Assembly: GCA_028279805.1 (NCBI GenBank)
Contig: JANQMZ010000007.1
Span: 510,001-542,000, forward strand
DNA from: an archaeon
GTDB taxonomy: Archaea; Iainarchaeota; Iainarchaeia; Iainarchaeales; JANQMZ01
DNA length: 32,000 nt
Direction: 5' to 3'
Under the pieces are notes generated by a model, which saw only the letters and a list, made by a program, of their open reading frames with translations, ran no database searches and was not told the origin of the DNA. The translations under genes and the position numbers were made by a program. Numbering within the stretch: position 1 is the first letter of the stretch; each line of letters starts with the position of its first letter. Positions 8,139 to 18,119 of this stretch are shown here, piece after piece.

Positions 8139-8620
8139 AATCCTTGGACATAAAAGAAAAAACATTTTTGGCAAAATTTTTTATCATATTTTTTACAGGA
8201 ACAATTTTACTGCAAACAATCCAAATTACTTTTTTAAACAACTGGCTTGCTGCTTTTCAGGGATTTTTAACAGGAATAAATTTTCATCAGAACATTCTTT
8301 TTATTGACAGTTCTGCGTATATTGTTAACAATGAATGTTCAGGCTTATTTTCAGGAATAGTTTTGGCAGCGATAGTTTTTGGTTTAAAAAAACCGGAAAT
8401 AAAACAAAAAATTGCAATATTTTTAGCAGGATTTGCTTTTTTGTTTCCTTTAAACATTGTAAGAATTTACACCGTGTTAATGGTCGGAAAAATTTTTGGA
8501 TTTGATGCGGCAATTTTTCTGCACACCATAAGCTGGTTTGTTACATCAGCATTAGTTATAGGATTCTGGTACTATTTAACCAAAAAAGTTTTAAAAAAAA
8601 GTTTTAAGGAAATGCTTTAA
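8132..8620 (+). CDS. exosortase/archaeosortase family protein
   Basis: 162 aa polytopic membrane protein with the family's catalytic pattern: NNECSGLFSG (Cys), FPLNIVRIYTVLMVGKIFG (Arg) and AAIFLHTISWF (His); overlaps carS by 7 nt. Confidence 0.85.
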   Translation: MVKSLDIKEKTFLAKFFIIFFTGTILLQTIQITFLNNWLAAFQGFLTGINFHQNILFIDSSAYIVNNECSGLFSGIVLAAIVFGLKKPEIKQKIAIFLAGFAFLFPLNIVRIYTVLMVGKIFGFDAAIFLHTISWFVTSALVIGFWYYLTKKVLKKSFKEML

Positions 8621-8621
8621 A

Positions 8622-10250
8622 CTATTTTTCCAGAACAAATCTGGCAATCTCACCATAAGCAGGCCGGGTGATTAAAACGCCAACACTAACCCCCACAATT
8701 GTTGCAATGGCAAAGCCAACCAGTTTAATCATTCCCGTTCCGAACAAAATAATCGGAAACATTACCGCCAGCAGGGTTACCGCAGCAGCAATAACAATAA
8801 AAAACGCGTTTTTAATTCTTGTAAGCAGGGAAGCTTCAACTCTTTCAGCTCCTTTCAAAAGCTCATCTGTTATGACAATCTGGTCATCTACCCCTGTTCC
8901 CACAGCAGCAATAATTCCTGCAATAACCGCCAAATCAATATTCCCGGTCAAGGATGTAAAACTTAAAGTTGTAAAAGCCTCAACTAATGCTGTAAAAACA
9001 ATTGCAATTGAAATTCTTGGATTTCTATATCTTAAAAAAATAACAGCAGAAACAGCAAGTAAAACAATTATTCCGATCCAGCCTGCCTGAATTAAAAAAT
9101 TTTCACCCAAAAGAGGTGAAATTGTTTCCTTGCTAATGCTTTGAACACTTACAGGCAAAGAACCTGATTGTAATAAAATTTTTGTTTCATCCCTTTCAGC
9201 AAATGCTTCTTCCTGCGAAGAAGATGATCCTGTTATAATCAAATCAGTGATAATTTGGGCTTCATCAGGAGAATCAACAAAAGGTTCATTGCCGGTAATT
9301 GAAGGCTGCAATCTTACAATTGAATTCAAACCGGAAGCATTCCAAAGCCACGGGATTCCATCAGTTGATTCGATTTGAATAAGTTTAAAACCCAGATTTT
9401 TAAGCTGTTCTTTTGCCTGTTCACTTAAATTTTCAGAAAAAACTGCATTTGAATACTGACCTGAACTGATTAAATTCTGAAGAGCCAAAATTTCTTTTTC
9501 ATCAAAAGAAGAAACTGTAAAAAAAGGAACATCAATGTTTTGCAAAACCTCATCAATCGAAGTGTCCTGCGGAATTCCCTCAGTAAAATTACCCTGTAAA
9601 AACAACTGAGTGTCCTGTGAAAAATCCTGATCTGAAAAAATCAAAACAGATGTTGTCGGGCGGTCAATAAAAAAATAAGTATAAGAACAGTCATACGTGC
9701 TGCCCTGCTGGCTGAAAGTAACAAGAGAGCATCTGTGAAAAGATAAGTCTCTGAAATTTTTAGCAGCAACAGTTTTCAAAGTGAAGGGCAGATTCCAGCC
9801 GAATAAAAATTCTGAATGCTGCTGAACCGCTGAAACATGGGATGCGCCCTGGTCAACCTGTATAACATCCGCACCTGTGAACATTACACTTGAACCGTTT
9901 GAATCTGAATCTGTTATTGTTACCTCAAAACGACCCTGTCTTTTTATAATTGATTCAATTCTTGCAACAGCTTCAGGATCCGTTTCAGGCAGTTCAATTA
10001 TGACAAACTCGTTTCCGAGTGAAAAAACACTAATATCCTTTAAACCCGAAGAATTGATTCTTTTTTCCATTACTGTAACAATTCTTTCCATTTCATCAGA
10101 TGAAACTTTTTCAGATAACTGAACCTGGAACAATGTGCCTCCCTGAAAATCTATTCCAAAATTCAAACCCGCAAACAGGAAAACACCCATTGAAGCTATT
10201 ATAACCAGGAATAATAGCCAAATTTTCCAGTTTCTGATTAAATCCGCCAT
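8622..10250 (-). CDS. secD: protein-export membrane protein SecD
   Basis: LNFGIDFQGGTLFQVQL, KRINSSGLKDISV and C-terminal GIIAAVGTGVDDQIVITDEL; ORF track opens at 10298, but MADLIRNWKIWLLF (ATG at 10250) is the natural start and removes an overlap with secF. Confidence 0.93.
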   Translation of the reverse strand: MADLIRNWKIWLLFLVIIASMGVFLFAGLNFGIDFQGGTLFQVQLSEKVSSDEMERIVTVMEKRINSSGLKDISVFSLGNEFVIIELPETDPEAVARIESIIKRQGRFEVTITDSDSNGSSVMFTGADVIQVDQGASHVSAVQQHSEFLFGWNLPFTLKTVAAKNFRDLSFHRCSLVTFSQQGSTYDCSYTYFFIDRPTTSVLIFSDQDFSQDTQLFLQGNFTEGIPQDTSIDEVLQNIDVPFFTVSSFDEKEILALQNLISSGQYSNAVFSENLSEQAKEQLKNLGFKLIQIESTDGIPWLWNASGLNSIVRLQPSITGNEPFVDSPDEAQIITDLIITGSSSSQEEAFAERDETKILLQSGSLPVSVQSISKETISPLLGENFLIQAGWIGIIVLLAVSAVIFLRYRNPRISIAIVFTALVEAFTTLSFTSLTGNIDLAVIAGIIAAVGTGVDDQIVITDELLKGAERVEASLLTRIKNAFFIVIAAAVTLLAVMFPIILFGTGMIKLVGFAIATIVGVSVGVLITRPAYGEIARFVLEK

Positions 10251-10254
10251 TTTT

Positions 10255-11331
10255 TTAACTCCTCTTTTTCTGAGCAAACCATAACAAAATAGGAGCATTC
10301 ATAAACCAAGTGCTTATCAGATCCCCTATTAATCCGAACAAAATTACTGCTGCAATTTCATAAATAACAAACAGGCTTCCCATAAATGAAAGAACTGCCA
10401 TTAAAGTTACAGCAATCAAAGTTGTTCCGGTCATTGTTAAACCTGTTAAAAGAGAATCATTTGCCCTCTCAAACAAGTCCGCGTCACGTCTTTTCAAAAT
10501 TTTTGTTGTAAGCATAATATCCGTGTCAATGGAATAACCAATCAGTAATAATAATGCAGGAATTGAAGCCAGAGACAAAGGAATGTTAAACAAAGCCATT
10601 CCTGCCAATGCCGCCAAAACATCAAAAAATGCGGCAAGCATTACCGCAATGCTTGGAACAATTTGCCTGAAAAACAAAAAAATCACAATAGTAACGGAGA
10701 TGACTGCCACGAAAAAAACAAACAAAGCGTTTTGCCAGAAAAGATTGCCGATTGTAGGGCCGATTTCTTTTTTTTGAAACGCTACTTCATTTAAAATTCC
10801 AAGTTCTTTTTTGGCTATCTGCTGAAACTGCAAATCAAAAGATGTTTGAGCGTCTGCAAATTTTGTTTGCGAAAAATCAATTAACTGTTCAACATTTTGA
10901 GGAGCATTATTTACATTTGTTAAAGGTTTTAAAATTTGCAGAGCTTCCAAAGCAAGTTGTTTTGCCTGTGAAGGATTTTCCTGGGATAAAGAACGGGCTT
11001 GTGAAATTTTTTCCTCAGCCTGTGAAAACAAAGTGTTTTTTGAAAATTCAACAATCAGACTAAAACCGGCAGGGCCTGATGTTGTGTTCACTGACAAGTC
11101 TTCAAGAGTAAAATTTTGTTCAAGTTTTTGCTTAAAAGAATCAGCATCAAAAGAAGCAGGTGTCTGAGTTGTTCTTAAAATAATTAAAGTGCCTCCCTCA
11201 ATGTCAATGCCGGTGGGAATCCCGGGATAAACAAAAGCAATTACCGCAAACAAAACAAACATTAAAGCAGGCAATACTAACAGTCGCTTATAGCTTTTTT
11301 TATAAAAAGATTTAAAGCCCTTTAAAACCAA
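10255..11331 (-). CDS. secF: protein-export membrane protein SecF
   Basis: GIPTGIDIEGGTLIILRT, IPLSLASIPALLLLIGYSIDTDIMLTTKILKR, DSLLTGLTMTGTTL; track opens at 11370, but a TTG at 11331 has SD AAGGTG (11344-11339) 7 nt upstream and gives MVLKGFKSFYKKSYKRLLVLPALMF. Confidence 0.9.
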   Translation of the reverse strand: MVLKGFKSFYKKSYKRLLVLPALMFVLFAVIAFVYPGIPTGIDIEGGTLIILRTTQTPASFDADSFKQKLEQNFTLEDLSVNTTSGPAGFSLIVEFSKNTLFSQAEEKISQARSLSQENPSQAKQLALEALQILKPLTNVNNAPQNVEQLIDFSQTKFADAQTSFDLQFQQIAKKELGILNEVAFQKKEIGPTIGNLFWQNALFVFFVAVISVTIVIFLFFRQIVPSIAVMLAAFFDVLAALAGMALFNIPLSLASIPALLLLIGYSIDTDIMLTTKILKRRDADLFERANDSLLTGLTMTGTTLIAVTLMAVLSFMGSLFVIYEIAAVILFGLIGDLISTWFMNAPILLWFAQKKRS

Positions 11332-11412
11332 AAAAAAACACCTTATATGAACAAAAACGATGTTATACAATAAAAAAGGAAACGATTTAAATATTAATAA
11401 GAGGCGTTAAAA

Positions 11413-12381
11413 ATGCGTTTTCTTTTTGTTTCAAATCCCAAAGAATTGCTGGACATTGCTTTCAGAAAAGCCAGAAAAAAATCTGCAAAAATAAGCAAAA
11501 GCAAAAACAGGTTAAGATATGAAAAAGGAAAACATTCAACTGAGGTTACTGTTGCCGGGGAAGAGCTTGGAAAAAATCTTTACAAATCGGTTCAAAGTGT
11601 TCCTTCATTTGAAGAATTAGTGGAATTTGAAAAACAATTAATTTCACTTGTTGTTGATTTGAAAAAATTAAAACAATCTTTGGCTCAAATGAGCAAAATT
11701 TCAATAATGGTTCAGAATCTTTCAAAAAAATATTATTCAAAAATTTTAAAATCAAAAAAAGAGGATGAACCAAAAAAATTAAAAAAAGAATTTTATGGCC
11801 GCATCAGTTCAATGATTAAATCTTTGGATAAAAGCATCCAGTATTACAACAGTTGTTCAAAAAAATTAAAGGAGATTCCGACATTAAAAAAAGAACATGT
11901 TAACATAATACTTGCAGGTTTTCCCAATACAGGAAAAACAACAATTTTGAAAAGATTAACAGGTTCAAAAGCAAAAATTGCATCATATCCTTTTACAACC
12001 CAGAGCATAAACCTTGGCTATTTTTATCACAAAACATTACAGTTTCAGGTAATTGATACTCCGGGTTTGCTTGACCGGCCTCCGGACAAAATGAATGATA
12101 TTGAAAAAAAAGCAATTCTTGCATTAAAACATCTGGCAGACTTTGTTGTTTTTGTCATTGACCCCACAGAACAATGTGGGTATTCTTTGCAAAAACAGTT
12201 AAAACTTTTAAAAGATTTAAAAAAAGAATTAAAATCAAAATTTTTAATAGTGTTAAACAAAACAGATTTGTCCTCAAAAGAACAGAAAAAAACTGTTTTG
12301 AGCAAAATAAAACAAAAAGCCTTTTTTGAAGGAAAAAAACACAAATCGGAGCTTAAAAAAGTTTTAATTGAAACAGCATAA
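11413..12381 (+). CDS. NOG1-type GTP-binding protein
   Basis: 322 aa; N-terminal helical NOG1-like region, G1 AGFPNTGKTT, Thr-containing switch SYPFTTQSINLGYF, G3 DTPGLLDRPPDKMNDIE and G4 NKTD. Confidence 0.92.
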   Translation: MRFLFVSNPKELLDIAFRKARKKSAKISKSKNRLRYEKGKHSTEVTVAGEELGKNLYKSVQSVPSFEELVEFEKQLISLVVDLKKLKQSLAQMSKISIMVQNLSKKYYSKILKSKKEDEPKKLKKEFYGRISSMIKSLDKSIQYYNSCSKKLKEIPTLKKEHVNIILAGFPNTGKTTILKRLTGSKAKIASYPFTTQSINLGYFYHKTLQFQVIDTPGLLDRPPDKMNDIEKKAILALKHLADFVVFVIDPTEQCGYSLQKQLKLLKDLKKELKSKFLIVLNKTDLSSKEQKKTVLSKIKQKAFFEGKKHKSELKKVLIETA

Positions 12382-12445
12382 CACCTAATTTAAACTTTTT
12401 CTTACATAAATTTTTCCGCTAATTCAATGCATCTGAGGCGTTAAA

Positions 12446-12715
12446 ATGGATGAAAAAATTGGGTCGGATATAGAAGAAGCCAAAGAAATGCTGCTTGAAA
12501 TAACTGAGGACAGAAGCATTCCAAGGAATATACGTTCAAATGTAAAAGAAGCTCTTGACAAAATTGAGGAAAAAAAAATAGAAGGACTTCATTTATCAAG
12601 TGCTATTTATTTGCTTGATGATATAAGCAATGACATTAACATGCCTTCACATGCCAGGACAACAATATGGGAAGCCATAAGCATGCTTGAAAGCATTAAG
12701 GAAAGAATTGAATAA
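12446..12715 (+). CDS. UPF0147 family protein
   Basis: 89 aa; ITEDRSIPRNIRSNVKEALDKIEE...SAIYLLDDISNDINMPSHARTTIWEAISMLESI typical of UPF0147. Confidence 0.92.
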   Translation: MDEKIGSDIEEAKEMLLEITEDRSIPRNIRSNVKEALDKIEEKKIEGLHLSSAIYLLDDISNDINMPSHARTTIWEAISMLESIKERIE

Positions 12716-12727
12716 CAGTGATTTTAG

Positions 12728-14242
12728 GTGGAAAAAAGCCTTGCTAAAACTCAGGGAAAAAAAGAAAAAATTGCTTTGTATTCCGAAAAGCAAAATATTA
12801 TGCTCAGCCCGAAATCCATAGAAATACTTGAAAAACAGGAATTCTGGCAGGAAATTTTGGACAACCTGGTTAAAGAAGGGCAATTCATAATAACTCCTGA
12901 ACTTGTTGAAAAAAAAATTGTTAAAACAAAAATGAACATTGTTGAAAAAGAAACAATTGTAAAATCAAAAAACTTGCAGGCACTGGCAAAAGAAACAGAA
13001 GCAGATTTTCATATAATGAAAGAACTTGATGTAAGCAATCAAAGTTCGTCTGAAGGAAAAATTGAAGATTTTTTGGATTATTTTGAAAACAAATTCAAAC
13101 TTTTAAGCAACATGTTAAAAAAAAGACACTCGCTTAACCCGGTTCCCATTAAAAGAATTAAAGCAATTCCTGACAAGCAGGATGTTGACTTAATCGGAAT
13201 GGTTTCAAGAAAATGGATGAGCAAAAAAGACAATTTAATACTTGAAGTTGAGGATGGAGATGCAAAAACTTTAATTGTCATACCAAAACAAAGCAAAGAA
13301 CTTTCAAGAGAAGCCAACAAATTAATGCTTGACAATGTCATAGGAGTGAAAGGAAAAAAACTTGGAGATGATTTAATAATAGCTCAAACCATTTTATTGC
13401 CTGACTTGCCTGCAGACAGAAAACTAAAAACAATTGAAAAAGATGTAAGTATTGCAAGCGTTTCAGACATACATGTGGGAAGCAAGCTTTTTCTGGAAGA
13501 AGAATTTAAAGACTTTTTAAAATGGATAAATTTGGGTACAGGCTCAAAAACAGATAAAATAGAAACAGGAAAAATAAAATATTTGGTTATAACAGGGGAC
13601 AATGTTGATGGCATCGGAGTATACCCTGAACAGGAAAATGAGCTTGCAATAAAAGACATTTATGAACAATATGAAAAATTTTCAGAATTAATTTTACAAA
13701 TACCTGAATATATTGAAATATTTATTACCCCCGGAAACCACGATGCTGTGCGCGTTTCAGACCCGCAACCCATTATTCCGAAAAAATATATTCCAGAACT
13801 TTACAATGCGAAAAACGTTCATTTAATGGGTTCTCCAAGCTGGGTTGAAATAGAAAAATTTAAAACACTCTTATATCACGGAGCTTCCTTACATGACTTG
13901 TTTTCAAATGTAACCGGATTAGATGCTTCAAAACCGGAACTCGGAATGAGGGAATTGTTAAAAAAAAGAGATTTGTGCGCTTCTTACGGCTTAAAACATC
14001 CGTATGTTCCTGAAAAAAAGAATTATATGATAATAAACCATGAACCTGATCTGATTTTCATGGGTGAAATGCATCACAACGGTTACACTGATTACAGGGG
14101 AACAAGAATTATTTGCAACGGAACATGGCAGGACAGAACAGATTATCAGGTAAGACTGGGGCACGTGCCAACAGTCGGCAGAGTTCCCGTTATTAATTTA
14201 AAAACACTTCAAATGAAAGAAAATGTTTTTGCAGAGGAATAA
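12728..14242 (+). CDS. polB: DNA polymerase D (Pol II) small subunit DP1
   Basis: Calcineurin-like phosphatase motifs SVSDIHVGSKLF, ITGDNVDG, ITPGNHDAVRVSDPQP, LLYHGASLHD, INHEPDLIFMGEMHHNG and GTWQDRT; GTG start, exact start uncertain. Confidence 0.95.
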   Translation: MEKSLAKTQGKKEKIALYSEKQNIMLSPKSIEILEKQEFWQEILDNLVKEGQFIITPELVEKKIVKTKMNIVEKETIVKSKNLQALAKETEADFHIMKELDVSNQSSSEGKIEDFLDYFENKFKLLSNMLKKRHSLNPVPIKRIKAIPDKQDVDLIGMVSRKWMSKKDNLILEVEDGDAKTLIVIPKQSKELSREANKLMLDNVIGVKGKKLGDDLIIAQTILLPDLPADRKLKTIEKDVSIASVSDIHVGSKLFLEEEFKDFLKWINLGTGSKTDKIETGKIKYLVITGDNVDGIGVYPEQENELAIKDIYEQYEKFSELILQIPEYIEIFITPGNHDAVRVSDPQPIIPKKYIPELYNAKNVHLMGSPSWVEIEKFKTLLYHGASLHDLFSNVTGLDASKPELGMRELLKKRDLCASYGLKHPYVPEKKNYMIINHEPDLIFMGEMHHNGYTDYRGTRIICNGTWQDRTDYQVRLGHVPTVGRVPVINLKTLQMKENVFAEE

Positions 14243-14245
14243 AAA

Positions 14246-17200
14246 ATGAAACAAACAAATCCTTTTGAAACAAATGTAAACGCTGAACAGCATATTCAGA
14301 ATTATTACAAACAAATAGAAAAAAAAGCAGAAAAACAGTTTAACATTGCAACAAAAGCAAAAGAAAAAGGCTTTGACATTTCAAAAGAAGTTGAAACATT
14401 GCCAACATCCGACCTGGCTGACAGAACAGAAGCAATTATCGGACCAAAAGGAATTGCAAAAAGATATAGGGAGGTTTTAAAACAAAAAAAAGACAGAATG
14501 GAAACAATTTTTCAAATATTTGAAGAAATATTAAAACAAAAATGGGTTAAAATTCCCAATGAAGAAAAAAGAATAGAACAGGCAATTAAAACAAGTGTGG
14601 TTTTGAATACGGAAGGAGTAGTTGTGGCGCCAATTGACGGTGTTCCAAAAATAAAAATAAGCAAAAACAATGACGGCTCGGAATACTTGGATATTTATTA
14701 CGCGGGACCAATCAGGGGAGCAGGAGGAACTTCAATGGTTTTGCCTTTAATCTTGGGAGATTATGCCAGACAATTTTTTAACCTGTCAAAATTTAAGCCA
14801 AGTGAAGATGAAGTTGAAAGAATTGTGGAAGAATGCAGTGCTTACGAAGAAATTTTCAGCAGGCAATACAAGTTAACAGATGAGGAAGTGAGAAAAGTTG
14901 TAAGAGGCTGCCCGGTTTCCATTAACGGAGAACCAACCGAAGAAAAAGAGGTTTCAGTTAACAGGGACATTGCAAGAGTTCCCCATAACAGAATAAGGGG
15001 AGGAATGTGCCTTGTTATAGCGGAGGGAGTTGCACAAAAAGCCAAAAAAGTGCTTTCTTTTGCAAAAATGCTTGACTTGGACTGGTCCTGGCTTGAAGAC
15101 ATTATAACAATTGAAAAACAAACAGGTTCACAGGAAATAAAAGCAAATGACAAATATTTAACAGGAACAGCAGCAGGAAGGCCAATATTTGGTTATCCTT
15201 CAAGAGCAGGAAGCTTCAGGTTAAGGTATGGGAGAACAAGAGGCATGGGAATTATGGGCAAGGCAATTCATCCTGCAACAATGTATGCGTTGGATGAATT
15301 TGCAGCAATAGGAACACAGTTAAGGGTTGAAAGGCCGGGAAAAGCCGCGTCAATAAGTGCCTGTGATTCAATTAACGGACCGATAATCAGGCTCAAAAAT
15401 GGTGATGTTGTAAAATTTGATTCCGCTCAAAAAGTAATAGAAGAAAAAAACAACTTTGACAAAATTTTATTTTTAGGGGATATGCTTGTATGCTACGGTG
15501 ATTTTAAACAGTCTGTTGAAAAACTTGCCCCTCCAGGATACAATGAAGAATGGTGGCAAAAAGAATTACAAAAATCAAAAGCAAAAGGAAAGTTGGCTGA
15601 AAAAGTTTTAGAAAATTCTGATAATCTGGACGCGTTTGAAGCAGTGGAATTATCTGAAAAATTTAAAATTCCGCTACATCCAAAATTTACTCCTTTTTAT
15701 TCACTTCTTGAATTGCAGGAATTAAAAATTTTGGAAGAATATTTGAAAAAAGCTGAAAAAAAAGAAAAAAACGGAAAAATAACCGGATTAAAAATTGAAA
15801 AAAATGAAGAAATAAAAAAAATTCTGGAAAAAATAGGCTTGGAACACAAAAACTTGGACAAAATTTTAATAGAAGAAAAAATGGCTTTTGCTTTATTAAA
15901 AACATTCGGTTTTATTAAAGGAAAAAAACTTGATTATGAAAAAGAAAATGAAAACATTTTGAAAATTTTAAGCAATGCTTCCGGAATTATGATAAGAAAC
16001 ACTGCCGGCTCTTTTATCGGAGCAAGAATGGGCAGACCTGAAGCTTCCACTCCAAGAACAATGAAAGGAAATCCTCATGTTTTGTTTCCAATAGGAAATT
16101 TCGGAGGAAACACAAGAAGCATTACCAAAGCAATTGATGTCATAAACACTAATAAAAAACCTCTTTTTGTTGAGGTTAAAAATTATTTTTCAGAAGAAGA
16201 TGAAAAAATTCTGCCAATTCCGAGCCACCCGGTTTCAAAAAAAAGAAATGTGCCTTTAAAAAAAGATAAAACAGAAAAACTTGAAGTTAATTTGCCATGG
16301 CTTTTTGAAAATGCGTCAAAAAATCTTGCAATAAAAACACCTGAACTGGTTAAAGGGGTAAGAGGATTAATAAGCGAGGAAAAAGCAGCAGAACCTCTGG
16401 AAAAAGGCATTATAAGGGCAAAACACGGTGTTCATGTTTTTAAGGATGGGACGATTAGGTATGAACTGATTAACAATCCTTTAACGCATTTTAAGCCCAA
16501 TGAAACAGGAACAAGCATTGAAAAATTAAAAGAACTGGGATATGAAAAAGATATTTTTGGCAACTCACTGGAAAACGATGAACAGGTTGTTGAATTGCTG
16601 CCGCAGGATATAATTGTTCACCATGAGGCCGGAGATTTTATGGTAAAAGTTTCAAAATTTGTTGATGACTTGCTTGAAAGATTTTATGGTTTGCAAAAAT
16701 ATTATAACGCTAAAACAAGGGAAGATTTAATCGGGGAATTGGTTTTAGGCTTGGCCCCCCATACATCTGCAGCAATTATAGGAAGAATAATAGGGTATTC
16801 TGAGGGAAGGGCTTGTTTTGCCCATCCATATTTTCATCAGACAAAAAGAAGAAATGCAGACGGGGACCAGGATTCTGTAACCTTGCTGATGGACGGCTTA
16901 ATCAATTTTTCACAGTCTTATCTGGCTGAATCAAGAGGCGGGAGAATGGATGCACCATTGGTTTTTACAATTGCCTTGGATCCCAATGAAATTGATGACG
17001 AAGTTTACAAAATGGATGTAGTGTGGGATTATCCGTTAGAATTTTATGAAAAAGCATTGGAGTTTTCCCCGCCTGAACTTGATTTTATTGAAACCGTTAA
17101 CAGCAGGCTTAATACAAAAAAACAGTATTCAGATTTTGGTTTTACACATAAAGTTACAAGATTTGATGCGGGGCCGACAAGTTCAAAATATGTGCAGTTA

Positions 17201-17605
17201 GATTCAATGGAGGAAAAAATTTCAAGCCAGGCTGCTTTGCAGGTAAAAATAAAAGCAGTTGAAGGAAAAGATTCAATTGAAAAAGTTTTAATTAACCATT
17301 TTTTGCCTGACATTATCGGGAACGCCAGGTCTTTCTGCAAACAAAAATTCAGATGCACAAATTGTCAGGCAAAATACAGGCGTTTGCCGTTAACAGGAAA
17401 ATGTTCACAGTGTGACAAGGGAAACATAATTTTAACAATTGCACAGGGTTCTATCAGAAAATATTTGCCTTTAACAAAACAAATAACAAAACAATATGAG
17501 TTAAGCTCTTATTTAAAACAAAGAATTGATTTAATTGAAGAAGAAATTGATTCAATTTTTACAAATGAAAAAGCAACTCAAAAATCTTTAAGCGAATTTG
17601 CATAA
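14246..17605 (+). CDS. polC: DNA polymerase D (Pol II) large subunit DP2
   Basis: 1119 aa; YYAGPIRGAGGTSMVLPLILGDYAR, HNRIRGGMCLVIAEGVAQKAKK, NADGDQDSVTLLMDGLINFSQSYLAESRGGRMDAPLVFT; no intein apparent. Confidence 0.98.
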   Translation: MKQTNPFETNVNAEQHIQNYYKQIEKKAEKQFNIATKAKEKGFDISKEVETLPTSDLADRTEAIIGPKGIAKRYREVLKQKKDRMETIFQIFEEILKQKWVKIPNEEKRIEQAIKTSVVLNTEGVVVAPIDGVPKIKISKNNDGSEYLDIYYAGPIRGAGGTSMVLPLILGDYARQFFNLSKFKPSEDEVERIVEECSAYEEIFSRQYKLTDEEVRKVVRGCPVSINGEPTEEKEVSVNRDIARVPHNRIRGGMCLVIAEGVAQKAKKVLSFAKMLDLDWSWLEDIITIEKQTGSQEIKANDKYLTGTAAGRPIFGYPSRAGSFRLRYGRTRGMGIMGKAIHPATMYALDEFAAIGTQLRVERPGKAASISACDSINGPIIRLKNGDVVKFDSAQKVIEEKNNFDKILFLGDMLVCYGDFKQSVEKLAPPGYNEEWWQKELQKSKAKGKLAEKVLENSDNLDAFEAVELSEKFKIPLHPKFTPFYSLLELQELKILEEYLKKAEKKEKNGKITGLKIEKNEEIKKILEKIGLEHKNLDKILIEEKMAFALLKTFGFIKGKKLDYEKENENILKILSNASGIMIRNTAGSFIGARMGRPEASTPRTMKGNPHVLFPIGNFGGNTRSITKAIDVINTNKKPLFVEVKNYFSEEDEKILPIPSHPVSKKRNVPLKKDKTEKLEVNLPWLFENASKNLAIKTPELVKGVRGLISEEKAAEPLEKGIIRAKHGVHVFKDGTIRYELINNPLTHFKPNETGTSIEKLKELGYEKDIFGNSLENDEQVVELLPQDIIVHHEAGDFMVKVSKFVDDLLERFYGLQKYYNAKTREDLIGELVLGLAPHTSAAIIGRIIGYSEGRACFAHPYFHQTKRRNADGDQDSVTLLMDGLINFSQSYLAESRGGRMDAPLVFTIALDPNEIDDEVYKMDVVWDYPLEFYEKALEFSPPELDFIETVNSRLNTKKQYSDFGFTHKVTRFDAGPTSSKYVQLDSMEEKISSQAALQVKIKAVEGKDSIEKVLINHFLPDIIGNARSFCKQKFRCTNCQAKYRRLPLTGKCSQCDKGNIILTIAQGSIRKYLPLTKQITKQYELSSYLKQRIDLIEEEIDSIFTNEKATQKSLSEFA

Positions 17606-17632
17606 AATTAGAAAAAACACAGGAAATTGGTT

Positions 17633-17995
17633 TTATTCCTGTATTCTTCTTTTGATTATTTTGACTCTTTGAGGCGTTAAAAGAATTCTGTCATGGGAAA
17701 TTCTTGCAATGTCCCCGTCAATTGAATCAACCTCAGTTTTTAACCCTTTAACCAATTCTGTTAATCTTAAAGAGTTTCTTTTGGCTAATCCTTCAATATT
17801 CAAAAGAATTATGTTTCCCTCTTTTAACTCTCCTACAACTGTGTCCGCGTCTTCTTTGCTTCCCAAAACCAATGGTTTTACAAAAGCGTCAGCGTCTTCA
17901 TATTGTGTTTCATCCTCAACATCCAAACTGTTCAAGAATTCTTCCATGTCCACGCTGCCTTGTCCGGCGAAAACTTTCTCCATAAAGCTCAACAT
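17633..17995 (-). CDS. sepF: archaeal SepF-like cell division protein (DUF552)
   Basis: 120 aa; FVKPLVLGSKEDADTVVGELKEGNIILLNIEGLAKRNSLRLTELVKGLKTEVDSIDGDIARISHDRILLTPQRVKII matches the SepF domain. Confidence 0.9.
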   Translation of the reverse strand: MLSFMEKVFAGQGSVDMEEFLNSLDVEDETQYEDADAFVKPLVLGSKEDADTVVGELKEGNIILLNIEGLAKRNSLRLTELVKGLKTEVDSIDGDIARISHDRILLTPQRVKIIKRRIQE

Positions 17996-18086
17996 ATCAC
18001 CCCTGTTTTAAAAGCTTAATAAAAATTGCCTCATAACTTATTTTAAAACTTTATGCTGGGCGTTTTAAAGCAAAAAAAAGCGTAAT

Positions 18087-18094
18087 TATATTTT
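18087..18094 (+). promoter_or_regulatory. candidate TATA box for orc1/cdc6
   Basis: TTATATTT about 26-30 nt upstream of the ATG at 18120 and only about 12 nt upstream of the track ATG at 18102. Confidence 0.4.
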
Positions 18095-18119
18095 AATCTT
18101 AATGGTGGGAAAGATTTCT

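Noticed and set aside
8125-8307. 60-aa ORF overlapping the archaeosortase-like gene
   Set aside because: The alternative frame encoding the Cys/Arg/His membrane protein explains the DNA far better.
14842-17358. Minus-strand ORFs inside DP2
   Set aside because: Antisense frames of a highly conserved gene; no motifs.
17996-18101. Possible replication origin (ORB-like repeats) upstream of orc1
   Set aside because: No repeated or G-rich ORB-like elements were visible in this roughly 100-bp interval, so I do not call an origin despite the suggestive context.
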